From: an uncultured Desulfospira sp.
Lineage (GTDB): Bacteria > Desulfobacterota > Desulfobacteria > Desulfobacterales > Desulfobacteraceae
DNA length: 64,000 nucleotides
Assembly: GCA_963663165.1 (NCBI GenBank)
Contig: OY760175.1
Location: forward strand, 1,728,001 to 1,792,000
Direction of reading: 5' to 3'
Below are positions 60,101 to 64,000 of this stretch, piece by piece. The notes under the pieces were generated by a model. It had not been told where the DNA came from. It saw nothing but the letters and a program-made list of their open reading frames with translations, and ran no database searches. A program made the position numbers and the translations under genes. The number at the start of each line of letters is the position of its first letter. The first letter of the stretch is position 1.

Positions 60101-63003
60101 ATGATGAAGACTCCAACCTGGTGTCCCACCTGGATGCCCGGAAGGGGATCTCCACCTTTGAATATGATGCGGCCAAGCGGTTGAGAAGAAAAACCAATGC
60201 CCTTGGATATACTGAAGAGACCGAATACGACCCGGCAGACCGGGTAATTCAGACAACAGACGCCAGGGGGATTATAACCCTGCTTTCATATGATGCCGCA
60301 AGCAACCTGGTCAGCCAGACCCTGGCTTCCGGCACAGATGATCAAACCGTTACCCAATTTGAATATGACCTCAACAACCGGAAAATCAGAGAGATCCATG
60401 AGACAACCCAAGGGGACCAGATTACAGCCTTCGAATATGACGACCGGGGCTTGCTGACCCACAGGAAAAACGGATTCCACACCGGTTCCCCGGAAATCTG
60501 GGAATATGAATATGATAAAGCCAGGCAACTGGTGGCGACCATTGATCCCAACGGTAACACCATCCAGGTGTTTTATGATGCCGTTGGCCGCAAAAAAGCC
60601 CAGACCCAGGCCCAGGGCCTGGTGAAATATTACTGGGAGTACGACCTGGCCGGAAACGTCACCCTTGAAAGAAAACCCGAGGGAGAGGAAATCCAGAACG
60701 CCTATGATGCCCTTAACCGCCTGGTTCTGGAAACCAGGGGGGGCGACCAGCGCCGGTTTGAATATGACAGCCGGGGGCATCTTACCCGGGAAGAGAATTT
60801 TAACGGGGATGCCACGCAATACCAATATGATTTAGCCGGCAGAATGACCCAAAAAACAGAAGCCGCCGGTACGGTCGATGAAGCCGTAAGCACCTATGAA
60901 TATGATGAAAACGGCAACCTGGTTGCTATCACCAATCCTTTGCTTAAAACCGTGTCCTTTGAATATGATGCGCTGAATCAGCGGATTACAGAAACCGACA
61001 GTGATCTCACTGTCAAAACCATCACCTATGATGAAAACGGTAATACCCTGTCCATTGAAAAAAAGGACGGCACAGACATAGAGTTTGTCTGGGATAATCT
61101 GAACCGGAAGATTGAGGTTATTGCTGACAACACCACTCAGCAAACCTTTGGTTATGACGAGCTTTCCAGACTGGTTACTGCAACGGACAGCACTCACACA
61201 ACCACGTTCGCTTACAACGACTACGGATGCCTTATAACAGAAACCCAAGGGTCTTATGAAGTTGCAAAACTCTACGATGCCAACGGAAACAAAACCCAAA
61301 TTACCTATCCATCAGGCCGGGTAGTTGAAAAAAATTACAACGAAAACGACGCACTGACGAAAATCATTTACCAGGGCAGCTCTATAGCCAAACTTACCCA
61401 CGACCGTAATAACCGGCTGACAGCCGTATCTTATGGGAACGGGACAGGCCTTACCCTGGCCTATGATGACCGGGAACGTGAAGTCTCAAGGACTTATACG
61501 GGCTCTCTCTTTGCCCAGACAACGGGATATGACGCCCAGGGCAACATCCTCGAAGAGACGTTAGATCGGAACGGCACCAGCCAGACAAAGGATTACACGT
61601 ACGACCATTTGGACAGGTTGGTTGACGATACCACTTCAACAACCTGGGACCATGACGGAGTGGGCAACTGGCTGGCAACCAACCAAAACGGCGAGGCTGA
61701 AACAAGAACCCCCAACGATGATAACGAATACGCTTCCGTCAACGGTGTTGCTTATTCTTATGACAACAACGGGAACCTGACCTCGGATGGTACGAAAGAT
61801 TACACTTACGACTGGGCAGACCGGCTTATCCAGGTTGAAAACAGCGGCCAGGTCCTGGCTGCGTATACTTATGATGCTTTGAACCGCAGGGTTACCCGGG
61901 TTGTCGGGACCGAAGCAACAACCTTTGTTTATGACGGATCAGATGTCATTGAAGAATACACGGATGGCGTATTCGACCGATCCTTTGTTTACGGCAGTAC
62001 CATTGATGAACCGATCCTTTTGGAAACCGGCGGCCTGCTTTATTATTATGTTGCCGGTCGCCAGGGAAGTGTCCGGGTGATTGCTGATGATGCCGGGGCA
62101 TTGGTGGAATCATATGAATACAGTCCGTTCGGCCTGATGTCCATCTACGACAGCCTGGAGCAGGATATCACTTCAACAGGTTCCTCCATCGGTAACCCGT
62201 TCGGATATACCGGCAGAAGATGGGATATTGAATCCGGACTGTGGCATTACCGGAACCGGACTTATTCTGCTGAACTGGGGCGGTTCCTGCAACGGGACCC
62301 TGCCGGGTATGTGGATGGATTGAATCTTTATGTTGCATGCTTGAATAATCCCTTGCGGTACACTGACCCTGATGGGTTGATGGCACGGACCGCTTGGGAT
62401 TATACCGAAAGATCAGGCGAACAGCTTCTTTTGGGAAATTATTCGGATGAAGTGACCCTGTTGGGGACAGGAGCTCAGATTGTAACCGGCCTTTTTGATC
62501 TTGACCTTCCTGGTGACATAAGGGACATAACTTATGATATTCAGAATTGGGAGTGGTCATGGTCGCATGCGGGGCAGACTGCCATTGATACAGTAGGGCT
62601 TTTACCAATAATCGGTGCGATAAAATACACTGATGAGACCAAAACACTTATTAAGGGACTGGATAACGTTGATGAAGTTTCAAACAGTGGATTGAAAGCT
62701 TTATCCAAAGCAGATGACTTTGGTATACAATCATACAATAACCTTAAAAAATTGACAAAAGGTACTAATCTTCAATCACACCATTTAATAGAGAAACGTT
62801 TTGCTGATATTATGGGGATAAAACCGGGAGAGATGGATGCTATAGCTGTCACCAAAACTGAACATCAAGCCTTTACAAATGCCTGGAGAAAGGCAATACC
62901 CTACGGAGAAGGCACTGCTAACGCCACTCAACAACAAATCCAAAACGCTGCGAGGCAAATATACAAGGAATATCCAGAGGTAATAAAGGCTCTGGGGCTT
63001 TAG
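57148..63003 (+). CDS. Rhs/YD-repeat polymorphic toxin 3 (same leader as Rhs2, His-rich nuclease-like CT)
   Basis: MNYIARNGWALHIAAIIIMISACL; NNPLRYTDPDG; CT QSHHLIEKRF...EHQAFTNAWRKAIPYG; about 1951 aa. Confidence 0.92.
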   Translation: MNYIARNGWALHIAAIIIMISACLSFYPYFPALGNTAFFSTIAVADCVDTDTTSFDAVNLNTSIQDAWKDKYTTVVKGVEITVKKTSETVNAATISLGDPVDMVTGEFYTEAPPDFKVKGRGVDLSIVRKYKSKTIYNGPFGYGWTWNHGERILPLTGNDLKYYNNDGDALEITSNGDGTYTYPRGAQFVLTIESGEYVITQNRTGLKSYFSDQGDLVRKEDRFGNTLTFEHSDTSYPGRITAITDGLGRSLTLDYNSSGKVTSVTDFEGRSCSYHYNDITSGDGLGDDLIEFRGLDYQAALDNATRYEYLSNQENVYLNHNMTKYTLPGGDYLEIGYYKNDQAAYHTNTKGETFNFMYSRLNRYAETWNEEGYYRKVFFNEANDVIRVANEDGTIEQMEYDEYGHHNKISHTDGNGYTTTFDYYPDGATDPEAYVKKRNLYLKTDALNRTWAYQYNDTNNAYAPSQVTDPAGNITKFEYSSNGSLSKKIQAPGYTYDAGGDLVADSNATGFETVYDYDDYGNITKITDSLGQYEERTYDANSLYLVAQKDKLGNETQYLYYEDITENMPIGAVKSVTVVSGTNEYTTTYEYDQLGRKTKETNALNQETEYQYTLDGKLEKTIKPNGAVTRHVYDVARDIVSGAQIIETIDPLGNSVHFSYDATGKLVKKQDKNGNIFTFSYDKMGRLAKEVDPFRTVKNSVYDGNGNKTAIKLYNQAGELLKETLFTYNAANQLVRTTIPCDFEEDGCEKTIQYQYTLDGKPQSQTIVFPEGDDLVTYYQYNALGLLIQETKGYGTADARATQYRYDAMGRLTQTIFALGNSEIREYDANGNVIAVKLYDQSGTLLEETENIYDARNLLVETVNPLGNSTYYTYDALGRKTEQSQFLTESGDIIQYQWTYDSVGNVIQLTDPLNRLTRHGYDLNNRKTKTVDALGQTTAFEYDPNGNLVAVTYPDLSRTVTYYDALNRKIGVEDELGYIQTFDYDEDSNLVSHLDARKGISTFEYDAAKRLRRKTNALGYTEETEYDPADRVIQTTDARGIITLLSYDAASNLVSQTLASGTDDQTVTQFEYDLNNRKIREIHETTQGDQITAFEYDDRGLLTHRKNGFHTGSPEIWEYEYDKARQLVATIDPNGNTIQVFYDAVGRKKAQTQAQGLVKYYWEYDLAGNVTLERKPEGEEIQNAYDALNRLVLETRGGDQRRFEYDSRGHLTREENFNGDATQYQYDLAGRMTQKTEAAGTVDEAVSTYEYDENGNLVAITNPLLKTVSFEYDALNQRITETDSDLTVKTITYDENGNTLSIEKKDGTDIEFVWDNLNRKIEVIADNTTQQTFGYDELSRLVTATDSTHTTTFAYNDYGCLITETQGSYEVAKLYDANGNKTQITYPSGRVVEKNYNENDALTKIIYQGSSIAKLTHDRNNRLTAVSYGNGTGLTLAYDDREREVSRTYTGSLFAQTTGYDAQGNILEETLDRNGTSQTKDYTYDHLDRLVDDTTSTTWDHDGVGNWLATNQNGEAETRTPNDDNEYASVNGVAYSYDNNGNLTSDGTKDYTYDWADRLIQVENSGQVLAAYTYDALNRRVTRVVGTEATTFVYDGSDVIEEYTDGVFDRSFVYGSTIDEPILLETGGLLYYYVAGRQGSVRVIADDAGALVESYEYSPFGLMSIYDSLEQDITSTGSSIGNPFGYTGRRWDIESGLWHYRNRTYSAELGRFLQRDPAGYVDGLNLYVACLNNPLRYTDPDGLMARTAWDYTERSGEQLLLGNYSDEVTLLGTGAQIVTGLFDLDLPGDIRDITYDIQNWEWSWSHAGQTAIDTVGLLPIIGAIKYTDETKTLIKGLDNVDEVSNSGLKALSKADDFGIQSYNNLKKLTKGTNLQSHHLIEKRFADIMGIKPGEMDAIAVTKTEHQAFTNAWRKAIPYGEGTANATQQQIQNAARQIYKEYPEVIKALGL

Positions 63004-63012
63004 GAAGATACA

Positions 63013-63798
63013 ATGAAGATAACACACAAAATATCTTTATCTGTTGATAAAAAAATAAAGAAGACACTATCAAACCTTGGAATAGACGTTCAACTCGGTT
63101 TTGAGAGTTTTGAAATTGATGAAAGTCTTTCAGCTTGGTCTGAGCTTGAGCCTTTAATACAAGACTGGCAGGCTGTTGATGTAGTCAAAACAAAGTTTAC
63201 CAAATCTGAACTTGATAATGCAAAATATCTTAAATTATCTGCTGACTGGCATTGGGGCTACCCACAACCAGATGAGGATTTTGGATATCTTGATAAAAGT
63301 TATGATTTGTCAACATATTCTAAACATTCAGGAATTGGCAAGGTACAAAAAGCTCCTATCAGAATCAAGGGAGAGCCAAGATGGGGCAAGAAAAATATTT
63401 TGCAACTAAATTGGCTTTATGATCTTTTTTTTATCCAACCCAATATTTGGGAATCAATATTCAAACCATTAAATGTTGAAAACATGCCTGTTATAGATCA
63501 TAAAAAGAATACAATTGCCAAAACGATTCTACAACTCGTACCACAGGGAATGGCTGAATTAAAGCTTTCGGGATACCCAAGTAAAACTTGTCCTGATACT
63601 TGCGTTGAAAAATATTTACCTATCACCAAGGGTTTCTTCCCCTCTATTCAAAACGATGATGGTTTAGATTTTATACAAAGCAAAGAATTTTTTGGGAGTG
63701 GTCATTCAGCTTTCCAAGCAACTATTATTTCGGCTTCTTTGTATAAAAAATTGATCAATTATAAAATTAAAGGGATAAAGTTTACTCCGCTGCAATAA
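63013..63798 (+). CDS. Putative immunity protein for Rhs3
   Basis: AT-rich 261-aa ORF 9 bp after the toxin stop codon. Confidence 0.75.
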   Translation: MKITHKISLSVDKKIKKTLSNLGIDVQLGFESFEIDESLSAWSELEPLIQDWQAVDVVKTKFTKSELDNAKYLKLSADWHWGYPQPDEDFGYLDKSYDLSTYSKHSGIGKVQKAPIRIKGEPRWGKKNILQLNWLYDLFFIQPNIWESIFKPLNVENMPVIDHKKNTIAKTILQLVPQGMAELKLSGYPSKTCPDTCVEKYLPITKGFFPSIQNDDGLDFIQSKEFFGSGHSAFQATIISASLYKKLINYKIKGIKFTPLQ

Positions 63799-63816
63799 TA
63801 TTGAGCCTCCCCATAG

Positions 63817-63948
63817 CTAAAGCTATGGGAACGAGGACTGGATCTGCAATACGATCTATATGTAAGACCAACGACAAAGTTGTCCGGGCCTTTGCAAGAA
63901 GCTATTAAAGAAGGATCAATCAATTTAAAAATAATTCCAGGGATGTAA
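63817..63948 (+). pseudogene. Orphan toxin C-terminal remnant (Tox-REase-7-like)
   Basis: Frame without a start codon reading ...LQYDLYVRPTTKLSGPLQEAIKEGSINLKIIPGM*. Confidence 0.5.
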
Positions 63949-63949
63949 A

Positions 63950-64000
63950 ATGAGCAAAACGGCAGCCGAGCTATTAGCTGAGCTATCAAAAGATAAAAAA
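63950..64000 (+). CDS. 5' end of a probable further immunity gene (truncated by the window edge)
   Basis: ATG 1 bp after the remnant's stop codon: MSKTAAELLAELSKDKK. Confidence 0.5.
   Translation, partial: MSKTAAELLAELSKDKK

Noticed and set aside
43965..62738. Duplicated antisense ORFs within the Rhs genes (e.g. two identical 179-aa ORFs)
   Set aside because: By-products of near-identical Rhs core DNA on the opposite strand.
41214..63003. Diversity-generating retroelement explaining the near-identical blocks
   Set aside because: No reverse transcriptase is present, the blocks are kb-long coding paralogy, and the differences are not obviously adenine-specific.

Overview
This looks like a chromosome segment of an anaerobic sulfate-reducing deltaproteobacterium (Desulfobacteraceae-like, inferred from gene content). 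Bases 1-9.2 kb hold the 5' part of a large GH13/glycogen-debranching gene, a Phd/RelE-ParE toxin-antitoxin pair bracketed by palindromic repeats, and a 2,777-bp two-gene IS (DUF4338-like protein plus DDE transposase; 17-bp TIRs, 9-bp TSD) inserted in an aldo/keto reductase gene. Bases 9.9-23.3 kb are mostly housekeeping genes: acyl-CoA dehydrogenase, USP, MetE-like, transglutaminase-like, thioesterase, DVU0298-like, gabD, clpB, nifS and a short nifU. The most unusual region is 23.6-32.7 kb, a putative sigma54-driven, tightly coupled operon: aspA, hydF, a degenerate [NiFe]-hydrogenase large-subunit homolog, a hydE-like gene with a non-canonical Cys motif, a nifH-like gene and two nifD/K-like genes. 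The window has no hydG, hydA or hydrogenase small subunit. Bases 32.7-37.7 kb hold an LTA-synthase/sulfatase, a Tat metallophosphoesterase, sfsA and an IscU-like gene. Bases 38.4-64 kb are a signal-peptide-type (PAAR/VgrG-free) Rhs polymorphic toxin locus: a secreted accessory protein, three full-length mosaic Rhs genes with different C-terminal domains and downstream immunity genes, and an orphan toxin remnant. All family assignments come from motif recognition by eye; no database searches were run.
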